Of a DNA stretch of 64,000 nucleotides, positions 10,625-22,830 are shown piece by piece; the stretch's first letter is position 1, and each line of letters begins with the position of its first letter. The position numbers were made by a program, and so were the translations under genes. Below the pieces are notes generated by a model that was not told the origin of the DNA, ran no database searches, and saw nothing but the letters and a program-made list of their open reading frames with translations. Source of the DNA: Alphaproteobacteria bacterium (GTDB taxonomy: Bacteria > Pseudomonadota > Alphaproteobacteria > GCA-2731375); NCBI GenBank assembly GCA_965225945.1, contig CBDDBZ010000032.1, positions 256,001 through 320,000 on the forward strand. The letters run 5' to 3'.

Positions 10625-11079
10625 TGCGCCGCCTCGCCACCTTCCGCCTCGTCGTCGCTCTCGGCGAAGGCGAAGGTCACCAGGTCGACGTCGAGCGCCA
10701 GGGCCGCCGGCCGGTGCAGGCCGCTCGAGCCGACGGCGATGCCAGCTAAGCCGGCAACCAGCATGGCGGTGGCCGGCCGCCAGGCGATCGCCAACCCCGC
10801 GAACCTGCTGCGCCACAAGGGTGGCGGCGGCGGCGGCGCCGCCGCGATCAGCCGGCCCTCCAGCGCGCTGGAGGGCGCGGGCGCCGGTATCGTGTCGAGC
10901 AGCGAGTCGAGCGCCGCTTCCTCGGCCATCATGCGGCGGGCCGCCACGGATCGGGCGAGCAGCGCCTGCGCCGCTTCGCGCTCCGCCTCGGGCCAGCGTT
11001 CCGATGCCGCGCCATGGGCCCGAATCAGCGCCTGGAGCCGTGCCTCGTTCATCCCTCTCAGCGCCCCGTCAGCGGTCAT
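10621..11079 (-). CDS. Putative anti-sigma factor
   Basis: HGAASERWPEAERE N-terminal motif plus one TM helix; start overlaps the ECF sigma stop. Confidence 0.75.
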   Translation of the reverse strand: MTADGALRGMNEARLQALIRAHGAASERWPEAEREAAQALLARSVAARRMMAEEAALDSLLDTIPAPAPSSALEGRLIAAAPPPPPPLWRSRFAGLAIAWRPATAMLVAGLAGIAVGSSGLHRPAALALDVDLVTFAFAESDDEAEGGEAAQ

Positions 11080-11651
11080 CACGGCTCTCCCAACAGCTCG
11101 GGTCGACGGCTCGCCAACTCTTCCCGCAGACGCCGGCGGGCCCGGGCCAACAGGCTCTCCAACGCCTCGACGCCGATCTCCATGACCGCCGCCGCCTCGA
11201 TGTTGCCGAGATCCTGATAATACGCGAGGACCAGCGCGATTCGCTGGCGCTCCGGCAGCACGGCGATCGCGCGAGCGACGATAGCGGCGCGCTCGCGGCG
11301 TTCGAACTCGGCGCCGGCCCCGGGGTCGACCATGGGGTCGCGCGGGTCGCCGGCCGCTTCCAGGGCGACCTCGCGGCGCCGGCGCAGCCGGTCGATGCAG
11401 GCGTTCTTCGCCACCCGGTGCAACCAGGTCGACACTCGCGCCTCCCCGGGCCGCCAGCGCGACGCGCGGAGCCAGAGGGCGAGAATGCTCTCCTGGGCCA
11501 CGTCCTCGGCCTCGACCGCGTCGCCGAGGATGCGCGCGGCGAAGGCGACGACCGGCCCCAGGTGGCGATCGAGCAGGCGCCGGCAAGCGGTTTCGTCGCC
11601 TCGCGCGACCCGGGCGACGAGCGCATCGTCCTCGTCCTCCCGGGTCGACAT
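11079..11651 (-). CDS. ECF sigma-70 factor
   Basis: AEDVAQE, STWLHRVAKNACIDRLRR, LPERQRIAL, ESLLARARRRL. Confidence 0.93.
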   Translation of the reverse strand: MSTREDEDDALVARVARGDETACRRLLDRHLGPVVAFAARILGDAVEAEDVAQESILALWLRASRWRPGEARVSTWLHRVAKNACIDRLRRRREVALEAAGDPRDPMVDPGAGAEFERRERAAIVARAIAVLPERQRIALVLAYYQDLGNIEAAAVMEIGVEALESLLARARRRLREELASRRPELLGEP

Positions 11652-11666
11652 CGAGGCGGCGCGGGC

Positions 11667-12161
11667 CTAGCGGCGATGGCGGCGGCGCCGGCTACCGATG
11701 TCATCTACGGTGAGCGCGCCGTCGCCGTCGGCATCGAGCCGACTCCAGCGCCTGTCGGAAACCGCGCGCATCTCTTGCTCGTCGAGCGCGCCGTCGCCGT
11801 TCTTGTCCAGACGCTTGAAGTGGGCCTCCCGACGGAGCTGCTTGCGCGCTTCCATGTAGGCCGCCATCTCGTCGAGCTCGAGCTTCTGGTTGTTGTTGGC
11901 GTCGGCCTCGGCGAAAGCGGCGCGATGGGGCGCGTCGAATTCGTCGCGATCGATCCGCCCATCCTCGTTGGCATCGAGCATGCGCAGCATCGGGCCGCCG
12001 TGACCGGGACCGTGCCCCCGATCACCGGCGGCGAGGGCGGCGGCGGTGGCGGCGAGCAGCACGCCGGCGGCCACCAGCGCGGTGATCTTGAACGGGGGTC
12101 GGGAGGGCAGGTTTGGCAGGGCGCGCGCGGGCTCGCAAGGTTTCTCCTTCTGCAGTGCCAT
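11667..12161 (-). CDS. Secreted EF-hand Ca-binding protein
   Basis: Signal-like hydrophobic stretch and four EF loops: DANEDGRID, DANNNQKLE, DKNGDGALD, DADGDGALT. Confidence 0.85.
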   Translation of the reverse strand: MALQKEKPCEPARALPNLPSRPPFKITALVAAGVLLAATAAALAAGDRGHGPGHGGPMLRMLDANEDGRIDRDEFDAPHRAAFAEADANNNQKLELDEMAAYMEARKQLRREAHFKRLDKNGDGALDEQEMRAVSDRRWSRLDADGDGALTVDDIGSRRRRHRR

Positions 12162-12241
12162 CGGCGCGCCGCTATCCTCGGCCGCCTTACCTACTCACAC
12201 GGACGAGCCCAGGGAATCCGTCGCGCCCGGGTCAATTTTTT

Positions 12242-13435
12242 TCACGCCTCCGGCGCCGCCAAAAGCTTCATCGCGGCCTCGACGCCGCTCCCGCCGCGCG
12301 GCACGCCCTCGATGTCGAGGGCCATCTCGACCACGGCCAGCATGGCGAGCATCATGGCCTCGTTCAGATCTCCCATGTGGGCGATACGGAAGGCACGTCC
12401 GGCGAGCTTGCCAAGGCCGCCACCGAGCAGGACGTTGAAGCGAACCGCGGTGGTTTTCCGCACCGCCTCCCCATCGTGGCCCTCCGGCAGCAGCACGGTG
12501 GAGACGGAATCGCTATGCTCGCGGGGATCGAGGGACAGGAGCTCCGGGCCGACGCCGTCTCCCCGCCACGCCCTGATGGCGGCCCGTGTCGCCGCGCCCA
12601 AGCGACGATGGCGAGCGAAGGTCCGCTCCAGCCCCTCCTCCTCCAGCATGCGGATCGATTCCTGGAGGCCGTAGACCAGGTGCACCGGCGAGGTGCTGGT
12701 GAAGCCGAGCCGTCCGCCGCGGGGCCGAAGTGCCTTCCAATCCCAGTAGCTGCGTCCGAGACCCGCCGTTTCGGCCGCGGCCACCGCCTTGGGACCGGCG
12801 CCGACGAAGCCCAGGCCGGGCGGCAACATCAAGCCCTTCTGCGAGCCGCCGACCGCCACGTCGACGCCCCATTCGTCCATCCGAAAGTCGATGCTGGCGA
12901 GAGAGGAAATGGTGTCGACCATGAAGAGGGCGCCGTGTCCGGCCGCGTCGATCGCCCGGCGCACCTCCGCCACCCGGCTGGCGATTCCGGTCGAAGTCTC
13001 GTTGTGCACCAGGCAGAGCGCCTTGATCTCGCCGCCCGTATCGCGGCGCAGGCGGTCCCGAATCGCGTCCGGGTCGGGTCCGTGGCGCCAGTCGCCTTCC
13101 ATCCGCTCCGCTACCAGGGCGAGATCGCTCGCCAACTCCTCCCACCAGAGCGAGAAGGCGCCGGTCTCCGGCACCAGCACCCGGTCCCCCGGCGAGAGCG
13201 TGTTGACGAACGCCGCCTCCCAGGCGCCGCGCCCGCTGGAGGCATAGGCGAAGACGTCGTGCTCGGTCCGGAAGACCCATTTCAGGCCCTCGAAGATCTC
13301 CTCCTGCACCTGGAGAAAGGCAGGGCTGTTGAAGTCGGTCGCCGGCCGGTCCATGGCCCGGAGGATCCGATCGGGGATGTTGGTCGGCCCGGGGATCGCC
13401 AGGAGCTGGCGGCCCCGGAGGACGGGTTGGTTCAT
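12242..13435 (-). CDS. Class V aminotransferase (serine/alanine-glyoxylate type)
   Basis: IPGPTN, HNETSTG, VDTISS, GSQKGLMLPPG (PLP Lys), RIAHMG. Confidence 0.92.
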   Translation of the reverse strand: MNQPVLRGRQLLAIPGPTNIPDRILRAMDRPATDFNSPAFLQVQEEIFEGLKWVFRTEHDVFAYASSGRGAWEAAFVNTLSPGDRVLVPETGAFSLWWEELASDLALVAERMEGDWRHGPDPDAIRDRLRRDTGGEIKALCLVHNETSTGIASRVAEVRRAIDAAGHGALFMVDTISSLASIDFRMDEWGVDVAVGGSQKGLMLPPGLGFVGAGPKAVAAAETAGLGRSYWDWKALRPRGGRLGFTSTSPVHLVYGLQESIRMLEEEGLERTFARHRRLGAATRAAIRAWRGDGVGPELLSLDPREHSDSVSTVLLPEGHDGEAVRKTTAVRFNVLLGGGLGKLAGRAFRIAHMGDLNEAMMLAMLAVVEMALDIEGVPRGGSGVEAAMKLLAAPEA

Positions 13436-13450
13436 GGGCGGGCGCTCGGG

Positions 13451-13663
13451 TCAGTAGACGTGTTCGTCGAGGCTCGGCAGCAGGAAGGCGCCGAAGACGC
13501 TCGGGCCGGTCACCGGCGGGGCCGGTGTGACGAAGCTCTCGTCGATTTCGCTGGGCGAGGCGGCGCCGACAGAACTCTCCCAGATGCCGCGGCCCGTCCG
13601 GGCCCGCGCCGCCTTGACGATTTCGTGCAGATTGAGGAACGCCTCGGCCCCCGTGCTCGCCAT
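13451..13663 (-). pseudogene. Internally deleted alpha-hydroxy-acid (glycolate/lactate) oxidase remnant
   Basis: N-terminus FLNLHEIVKAARARTGRGIWE joined in frame to a C-terminal-like SFVTPAPPVTGPSVFGAF...Y*; only 70 aa; lies just upstream of the glyoxylate aminotransferase. Confidence 0.55.
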
Positions 13664-13787
13664 CCCGCCACCTCGCTTCGCTCTTCGGCGGGCTACTTCT
13701 AGCAGCAAATCCGCCGCCCGGGTCGGTGGAATCGGGCATCGGGCAGATCATACCCATTTGGGTGATGTCGTCCGCCGGGAGAATTCG

Positions 13788-13803
13788 TAAATATTCGGTT
13801 AAC
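13788..13803 (+). promoter_or_regulatory. Possible CtrA box
   Basis: TAAA-N7-TTAAC, one mismatch to TTAA-N7-TTAAC, in AT-rich DNA upstream of the PilZ-like gene. Confidence 0.35.
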
Positions 13804-13873
13804 GAACAGAATTGGGAATGCCGCCAGATTGGCATTAATTCCGCGACACTCGCGGTCAAGGAGGTCGTAACAC

Positions 13874-14137
13874 ATGCGTTATCCAGAAGCCGTCCTCGAG
13901 CTCAGGCACGATCGTAATCCCTGCCGGGTCGAGGAACTCTCGCCGGCCGCGGCCTGCATCCGCACCGAACGAAGCACCGCCGATCTCGACGGCGCCGAAG
14001 CGGTTCTCGTGATCCCGGGCTACGGCCATATTCCGGCCGAGGTGGTGGTCCTGACGGACGGCTCGACCGGACTCATGTTCTTGCATGACGGCCGGGCGCG
14101 GGACGCCATGCGCTGCTGGATCGCCAGCACGCAATAA
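13874..14137 (+). CDS. Small PilZ-like protein
   Basis: Strong RBS AAGGAGG; CRVEELSPAAACI and IPAEVV...GLMF resemble PilZ barrel strands; no RxxxR motif. Confidence 0.5.
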   Translation: MRYPEAVLELRHDRNPCRVEELSPAAACIRTERSTADLDGAEAVLVIPGYGHIPAEVVVLTDGSTGLMFLHDGRARDAMRCWIASTQ

Positions 14138-14330
14138 TGTCGAGGCGCCAGCTCCCCCGCCCCTCTCCCCTGGCCAAACCACCCAGGAATGGTACCCTCA
14201 TGGATGGCCCAGAGGAGGAGCGGGGCGGACGGGGCTCATGTCCTTTGGTATAATATCGAGGCGCCCGAGAGCGCCCCGATCCCACACCCGGGGAACCCCC
14301 TCACCCCCCGGCACGTCGCGAGGGGCGTGA

Positions 14331-14993
14331 ATGCGGAGACGATATGCGTTGCTCGGTCCGCTGCTCGCCCTGGGCCTGCTGCTGTCGTGCGACGCCCCTC
14401 GGGCCCCACCTTCGAAAACGTCCCTCGCGACGCCAGATCCTTCAGAGAGCGAATCCGCCGGCGTCGCGATCCAGGTCACCAGCAACGGCTGGCATACCGA
14501 TATCGTCGTCGCCCAGGGCGAGGCGGTCCGGCGCGCGATCCCGGAGGTGGCGGATTTTCCCGACGCGCGCTATCTGAGCTTCGGCTGGGGCGACGCCGAG
14601 TTCTATCGGACGCCGGACCCGGGCTTGGCCATGACGCTTCAGGCCGCGCTGGCGCCGACCCCGGCGGTGGTACATCTGGTCGGACTGCGCCGCCAACCGG
14701 GCGAGGCCTTCCCCTCGGCGGAGGTCATCACCATCACCGTGACGGCGCCCCGATACGAGGCGCTGCTCGCCCATCTCGCCGCCGCCTTCGATCGCGGCGG
14801 TCGGGATCGGGTCAGCGCGCTGGGACCGGGACTCTATTCCAGCAGTCGCTTCTACCCCGGAAGCGGTGAATTTCACCTCTTCAACACCTGCAACACGTGG
14901 ACCGCCAACGGCTTGGCGGTGGCGGGGGTGCTGCAGGCGGCGGACGGCATCATCCGGGCGGAGACGCTGATGTCACGGCTCCGCACGCCATGA
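14331..14993 (+). CDS. DUF2459 (TIGR02117-like) putative lipoprotein
   Basis: LLLSC lipobox-like; SNGWHTDIVV, FGWGDAEFY and FNTCNTWT motifs. Confidence 0.8.
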   Translation: MRRRYALLGPLLALGLLLSCDAPRAPPSKTSLATPDPSESESAGVAIQVTSNGWHTDIVVAQGEAVRRAIPEVADFPDARYLSFGWGDAEFYRTPDPGLAMTLQAALAPTPAVVHLVGLRRQPGEAFPSAEVITITVTAPRYEALLAHLAAAFDRGGRDRVSALGPGLYSSSRFYPGSGEFHLFNTCNTWTANGLAVAGVLQAADGIIRAETLMSRLRTP

Positions 14994-15051
14994 TAGGATG
15001 TGCGCCCCGACCGTCGAAGGGTCGGCGTTTCGAAACGGAAGGTCCCGGCGG

Positions 15052-15903
15052 ATGTCCGAAATCTCGCCGCTCTGGCCCGCGAGGCTGCATCATCTCCGGC
15101 TCGACAGCGAGGCGCCGGAGGCCCTGATCGAATTTTATCGTGACGGCTTCCAGATGACGGCGCGACGGCTCGGCGGCGACCTCTGGCGGCTCGACGGGCG
15201 CGAGCGGCGGCTGCTGATCGGCCGGGGTGTCGACGAGACCGTGGCCTATGGCGCCTTTGCGCTGGACGATCCCGCGCGCCTGGACGCCCTGCATCGCCGG
15301 CTGGAGGCCCACGACGTGCCAATGCTCGCCAATCCGAGCCCGCTCTTCGGCAACGCCGCCTTCGCGATCCACGATCCCGACGGCCAGACCGTCGTCTTCG
15401 GCGTACCGGGGGCGGAAGCCGAATGCGATGCAGCGGCGACCGGGCTTCCCGGGCGAACCCAGCACCTGGTATTCGCTTCCGAGCAGCCAGAGGAGGTCGC
15501 CGCTTTTTACCGTGACGTTCTCGGCTTCATGGTCTCGGACGAGGTGCGGGACGACGAAGGGCGGCTCGGCGCCTGTTTCCTGCGCTCCGACGAAGAGCAT
15601 CATTCCTATGCCGTGTTCCGCTCCGAGGGCGCGCGCTACGATCATCACGCGCTGGAGACGAGCTGCTGGAACGACATCCGCGACTGGGCCGATCATTTCG
15701 TACGCATGCGGGTGCCGCTCTGGTGGGGGCCGGGACGGCACGGGCCGGGCAACAACCTCTTCGCCATGGTCCGTGATCCCGACGGCAACCGCATCGAGCT
15801 CTCGGCCGAGATCGAGCGCATGCCCGCTGAGATGGCGTTCCGCTCCTGGCCGCACGAGGAATTCACCCTCAACATGTGGGGCGGCGCCTGGATGCGGAAC
15901 TGA
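15052..15903 (+). CDS. VOC-family extradiol dioxygenase (catechol 2,3-dioxygenase-like)
   Basis: Two VOC domains; QHLV, EEHH, YDHHALE, WGPGRHGPGNNLF, DPDGNRIE. Confidence 0.88.
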   Translation: MSEISPLWPARLHHLRLDSEAPEALIEFYRDGFQMTARRLGGDLWRLDGRERRLLIGRGVDETVAYGAFALDDPARLDALHRRLEAHDVPMLANPSPLFGNAAFAIHDPDGQTVVFGVPGAEAECDAAATGLPGRTQHLVFASEQPEEVAAFYRDVLGFMVSDEVRDDEGRLGACFLRSDEEHHSYAVFRSEGARYDHHALETSCWNDIRDWADHFVRMRVPLWWGPGRHGPGNNLFAMVRDPDGNRIELSAEIERMPAEMAFRSWPHEEFTLNMWGGAWMRN

Positions 15904-15909
15904 GGCTCG

Positions 15910-16226
15910 GTGTCCGACCGAAACGAACGCCGCCTGGACCGAGCCGCTACGATCCGCGTCTTCCGCGCCCGCCTACGCGAGGCGATGGAGGCGCAAATTC
16001 TCACCCAATCGGGCCCAGGCGCGCGCCGCCGACCGCCTGGCCTACAGCCGCCGGCTGGAGACCGACATCGAGGTCTGCAACACAGTGCAGGCGATCGAGG
16101 GATTCGCCCGGGGCGAGGGCCTCTGGGCCACTCTCGACATCAACGATCCGCGCCGCCGTGGTCCAGCCGACCGACGTCGCTGCCTTCCTCCGCACGCTGC
16201 TGAAGCGGACCGAGGTGGCGCCATAG
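15910..16226 (+). pseudogene. Fragmented HTH (XRE-like) transcriptional regulator
   Basis: Three frames carry successive pieces: VFRARLREAMEAQILTQSG, then LAYSRRLETDIEVC...FARGEGLW, then AVVQPTDVAAFLRTL. Confidence 0.5.
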
Positions 16227-16353
16227 CGTCGAGCCTTGTCGCCCTGGCTCGGATCGCCTCCGCTGCCGGCGGTCGCGACGCGGCCCCCACCATTGCGGCG
16301 ATGTGCTACCCATGGCGATGATCTTGGAGGGACCCCAGCGGCGGGAGGTGAAA

Positions 16354-17631
16354 ATGACGGCGCTCAACGAATTGACGGCGGTCGAGGCGGCCAGGCGGAT
16401 CCGCGCCGGCGAGATCACCAGCGAGGCCCTGGTCCGCGCCTGCCTGGAGCGGATCGAGACCCGGGACGACACCGTCCACGCCTGGGTGGCGCTCGACCCC
16501 GACCAGGCAATCGCCCAGGCCCGCGCGGCGGACCAACAGCCGGCGGAAAGCCCGATTCACGGCCTTCCCGTCGGCATCAAGGACATCATCAATACCGCCG
16601 ACCTGCCGACGCGCCACGGCTCCCCGATATATGCCGACAACCGGCCGTCGGGCGATGCCGCCTGCGTCGCCATGATCCGCCGTGGCCACGGCGTGATCCT
16701 GGGCAAGACGGTGACCACCGAGTTCGCCTATCTGACCCCGCGCGAGACGCGAAACCCGCACGATCCGACGCGCACGCCCGGCGGCTCCTCTTCCGGCTCC
16801 GCCGCCGCCGTGGCCGATGCCATGGTGCCGCTCGCCTATGGCACCCAGACCGCCGGCTCGGTGATCCGCCCCGCGGCCTTTTGCGGCGTGGTCGCCTACA
16901 AGGGCTCCTTCGGGGCCTTGCCGATGGCCGGCATCAAGCCCTTCGCGCCGCTCCTCGACACGCTCGGCATCTTCGCCCGCCAGGTGGCCGACACGGCGCT
17001 GCTCAGAAGCGCGCTGAGCGGCTCAGCCGCGACGCCGTCCTCGCTCGACCGACCGCCCCGTATCGCCCTCTTTCGTGCCCCTGAGTGGGACCGGGCCGAC
17101 GCGGCGAGCAAGGATGCGGTCGAGGGCGCGGCAGCGCGCCTGGCGACGGCCGGCGCCGAGGTCGCCGAAGTGGCGCCGCCCGACGCCTTCGCCGATCTCG
17201 TCGAGGCACAAATGCTGGTGCTCGGCTACGAGGGCGCGCGTTCCTACGCCTCGGAATATCAGCGGGCGCCGGAACTGATGAGCGACGGGATCCGGGCGGA
17301 GATCGAGAACGGTCTGGCGATTGCGCACGCCGATTACGTGGCCGCCTGGCGGCTCGCCTCGTTTTGCCAGGGACTGCTGAACGGCATCCTGGACGATTGT
17401 GACGTCCTGCTGGCGCCGAGCGCGGTGGGCGAGGCGCCGGTCGGCGAGGCCACGGGCGATCCGCTGTTCAACCGGGCCTGGACCTTCCTGCACGCCGCCT
17501 GCCTGACGCTGCCGGCCGCCCGGGGACCGAACGGCATGCCGGTGGGCATCCAGGCGATCGCCGGCCCGGGCCAAGACGACCACTTGCTCGCCGTCGGTCA
17601 ATGGATGGAGGCCGCGCTCTCGATGAACTGA
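16354..17631 (+). CDS. Amidase signature family protein
   Basis: GIKDII, GKTVTTEFA, TPGGSSSGSAAAVA, GTQTAGSVIRPAAFCG; GGAGG RBS before ATG 16354. Confidence 0.93.
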   Translation: MTALNELTAVEAARRIRAGEITSEALVRACLERIETRDDTVHAWVALDPDQAIAQARAADQQPAESPIHGLPVGIKDIINTADLPTRHGSPIYADNRPSGDAACVAMIRRGHGVILGKTVTTEFAYLTPRETRNPHDPTRTPGGSSSGSAAAVADAMVPLAYGTQTAGSVIRPAAFCGVVAYKGSFGALPMAGIKPFAPLLDTLGIFARQVADTALLRSALSGSAATPSSLDRPPRIALFRAPEWDRADAASKDAVEGAAARLATAGAEVAEVAPPDAFADLVEAQMLVLGYEGARSYASEYQRAPELMSDGIRAEIENGLAIAHADYVAAWRLASFCQGLLNGILDDCDVLLAPSAVGEAPVGEATGDPLFNRAWTFLHAACLTLPAARGPNGMPVGIQAIAGPGQDDHLLAVGQWMEAALSMN

Positions 17632-17686
17632 TGGTGTTCCCGTGAAGACGTACACCGAGCCAAGCGACGGACTTTTTGACCGGGAA

Positions 17687-18583
17687 CTATTTGCTGCCCG
17701 AAGGCGCCACCGGGCCGGGGCCGACGACGGGCTTGCCCTCCATGGTGTAGACCTCGACCTTGGCCCCGGCGCGGAGCTCGGCGAGGATCTCGGCGATCTT
17801 CTCCTGGGCGATCTGGCTGCGGATCTGGTCGCGCACCTGCTCAAAGGCGGGGCCGGCGCCGGCGCGCCGCGCCTCCACCTTGATGATGTGCCAGCCGAAC
17901 CGGGTCTGGACCGGCTCGGAGACCGCGCCCGGCGCCAGCGCGAAGGCCACCTCGGCGAAGGCCGGTACCATGTCGCGCTTGCGGAAGAAGCCGAGATCGC
18001 CGCCCCGGGGCCCGGACGGGCCCTTGGAACGGGTCTTCGCCAGCTCGGCGAAGTCGGCGCCGCCCGCGAGCTCGACGGCCACCGCGCGGGCGTCGAGCTC
18101 GCTCTCCAGCAGGATGTGGCGGGCCCGCACCTCCTCCTCGCCCCGCCTGCCGGCGGCGTCGCGCTCCCAGCGGGCGCGAACCGCCTCCTCAGCCAGCAGT
18201 GGCTGGACATGGCGGGTCGCGAAGGCCTCCAGCAGCACCAGATCCCGTGCCCGGCGCAGCAGGCGGGCGACGATCGGATCCTTCGCCATGCCAGTCCGCT
18301 CCGCCTCGCGCGCCATCAGACGGCGCTCCACGACGCTGGCCACCAACTGGGGATAGATTTGCTCCAGCGCCATCTCGCGGTACTGCTCGGGCAGTCCCAG
18401 ACGCTCGATTTCGAGCTCCGAGAGGTACAACGCATCGCCGTCGATGCGGGCGATCACGGTATCGGCGCCCGCCTGTTCCGCGCCCGCGCCGCTCGCGCCG
18501 AGCTGGATCGTCTGGGCGCCCGAGGGCGCGGCGGCGAGAACGGTCGCGAGCCCGAAGGCCGCGAGCGGGGGAAGCAAATGCAT
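17687..18583 (-). CDS. PpiC/parvulin-type peptidyl-prolyl isomerase, exported
   Basis: Signal peptide; RARHIL, DFAELAK, GGDLGFF, TRFGWHIIK; divergent from secA. Confidence 0.92.
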   Translation of the reverse strand: MHLLPPLAAFGLATVLAAAPSGAQTIQLGASGAGAEQAGADTVIARIDGDALYLSELEIERLGLPEQYREMALEQIYPQLVASVVERRLMAREAERTGMAKDPIVARLLRRARDLVLLEAFATRHVQPLLAEEAVRARWERDAAGRRGEEEVRARHILLESELDARAVAVELAGGADFAELAKTRSKGPSGPRGGDLGFFRKRDMVPAFAEVAFALAPGAVSEPVQTRFGWHIIKVEARRAGAGPAFEQVRDQIRSQIAQEKIAEILAELRAGAKVEVYTMEGKPVVGPGPVAPSGSK

Positions 18584-18768
18584 GCCTGGAATCCTTCACT
18601 GTCGCGCGATCCCCTCGGGACGCCGTCGGACCGGCCCGATACGCCGTCCGCGCCGCATGATCGGCGGCTCCCGGCGAGCTGGCAAGCGAGGCATCGCTCG
18701 TTTCGAGCTCGCTCGAGGCCGCCCGCCCGCCTGTGTCCGGGCGGAACCGAACCGGACGCGGGCCCGCG

Positions 18769-18797
18769 TTGACAGCTCCGGCGTCGGTGCTTATGTC
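18769..18797 (+). promoter_or_regulatory. Sigma70 promoter of secA
   Basis: TTGACA-N17-TATGTC about 95 bp upstream of secA. Confidence 0.6.
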
Positions 18798-18892
18798 TGG
18801 CCACACGGCGAGAGAGGCCTCCCTCGCTCCACCGCTCTCCGCTCGCCGTCGCCGGTAACCGAGGGCCGTTCACGAGGATAGAGCGCGCCACC

Positions 18893-21640
<2,748 letters not shown>

Positions 21641-21654
21641 ACGCGCGGGCGACG

Positions 21655-22830
21655 ATGACCGCCCCCAGGCCCTTCGAGATTCGCGTTTCCGACGAGGTGC
21701 TGGCGGACCTGGCCGCGCGGCTGGCGCGGGTGCGGGCGCCCTTGGCCAGCCCGGCCGAGGCCGGCTGGCACCATGGCATGGAGCCCGGCTACATGTCTCG
21801 CCTGCTGGCCTATTGGCGGGACGAATTCGATTGGCGGCGCATCGAGGCCGGCCTCAACCGGCATCCCCAATTCATCGCCGAGGTGGCTTTGGACGGGGCC
21901 GAGACGCCGCTCGAGATCCACTACATCCATCAACCGGGCGAGGGCGAGGCGAGGCTCCCCCTCCTGCTGCTCCACGGTTGGCCCGGATCGGTCGCGGAGT
22001 TCCAGGAGGTGATCGGTCCCCTGACGGAACCCGAGGCGCATGGCGGCCAGGCGGCGGACGGCTTCGAGGTCGTGGCGCCGTCGCTGCCGGGCTACGGCTT
22101 CTCCTCGGCGCCGGCCGGGCCGATCGGCCCGCGCGCTATCGCGGGCGTCATGCATCGGCTGATGACCGAGGTCCTGGGCCACCAGCGCTATATCGTGCAG
22201 GGCGGCGACTGGGGCGCCATCATCTCCGCCTGGATCGCGGTGGATCATCCCGAGGCGGTGCTCGGCGCGCACCTCAACATGGCGGCGCTTCGCCCGGCGA
22301 TCGGCCCCGACGACGCGGCGATGAGCGCCGACGAGAAGAGCTGGATCGAGAGCGCGCGCCGCCACTTGCGCCACGAGACCGCCTATCAAGACGTGCATGC
22401 GACCAAATCGGAGAGCCTGGCCTGGGGGCTGATGGATTCGCCCGCCGGCCTCGCCGCCTGGATCGTCGAGAAGTTCCACGGCTGGACCGATCCCGAGGCG
22501 AGCGAGCCGCCCTTCACCATGGACCAGTTGCTCGCCAACGTGATGATCTACTGGGTCACGGGCACGATCAATTCCTCCACCTGGCTCTATCGCGGGGCCA
22601 GGGAGAGTGGCGATCTCAGGGCCTCCGAAGGTGCGCGGATCGAGGTTCCCTGCGCTTACCTTCTGGCGCCGAGCGATCTGGTGCCGCCGCCGCCGACGAG
22701 CTGGCTCGCCCGCGTCGGCAACGTCACGCGGCGACGCGATCTCGCTAAGGGCGGCCATTTCGTCGCGCTGGAGAACGGCCCCGCCCTGGTCGAGGATATC
22801 CGTGCCTTCGCCCGCGACCATCTCCGCTGA
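21655..22830 (+). CDS. Epoxide hydrolase (EHN + alpha/beta hydrolase)
   Basis: PFEIRV, LLHGWPGS, PSLPGYGFS, QGGDWG, GGHFVALE. Confidence 0.92.
   Translation: MTAPRPFEIRVSDEVLADLAARLARVRAPLASPAEAGWHHGMEPGYMSRLLAYWRDEFDWRRIEAGLNRHPQFIAEVALDGAETPLEIHYIHQPGEGEARLPLLLLHGWPGSVAEFQEVIGPLTEPEAHGGQAADGFEVVAPSLPGYGFSSAPAGPIGPRAIAGVMHRLMTEVLGHQRYIVQGGDWGAIISAWIAVDHPEAVLGAHLNMAALRPAIGPDDAAMSADEKSWIESARRHLRHETAYQDVHATKSESLAWGLMDSPAGLAAWIVEKFHGWTDPEASEPPFTMDQLLANVMIYWVTGTINSSTWLYRGARESGDLRASEGARIEVPCAYLLAPSDLVPPPPTSWLARVGNVTRRRDLAKGGHFVALENGPALVEDIRAFARDHLR

Noticed and set aside
17632-17686. argJ remnant downstream of the PPIase (PVKKS...)
   Set aside because: argJ often follows this gene, but the similarity covers only a few codons and there is no start codon.
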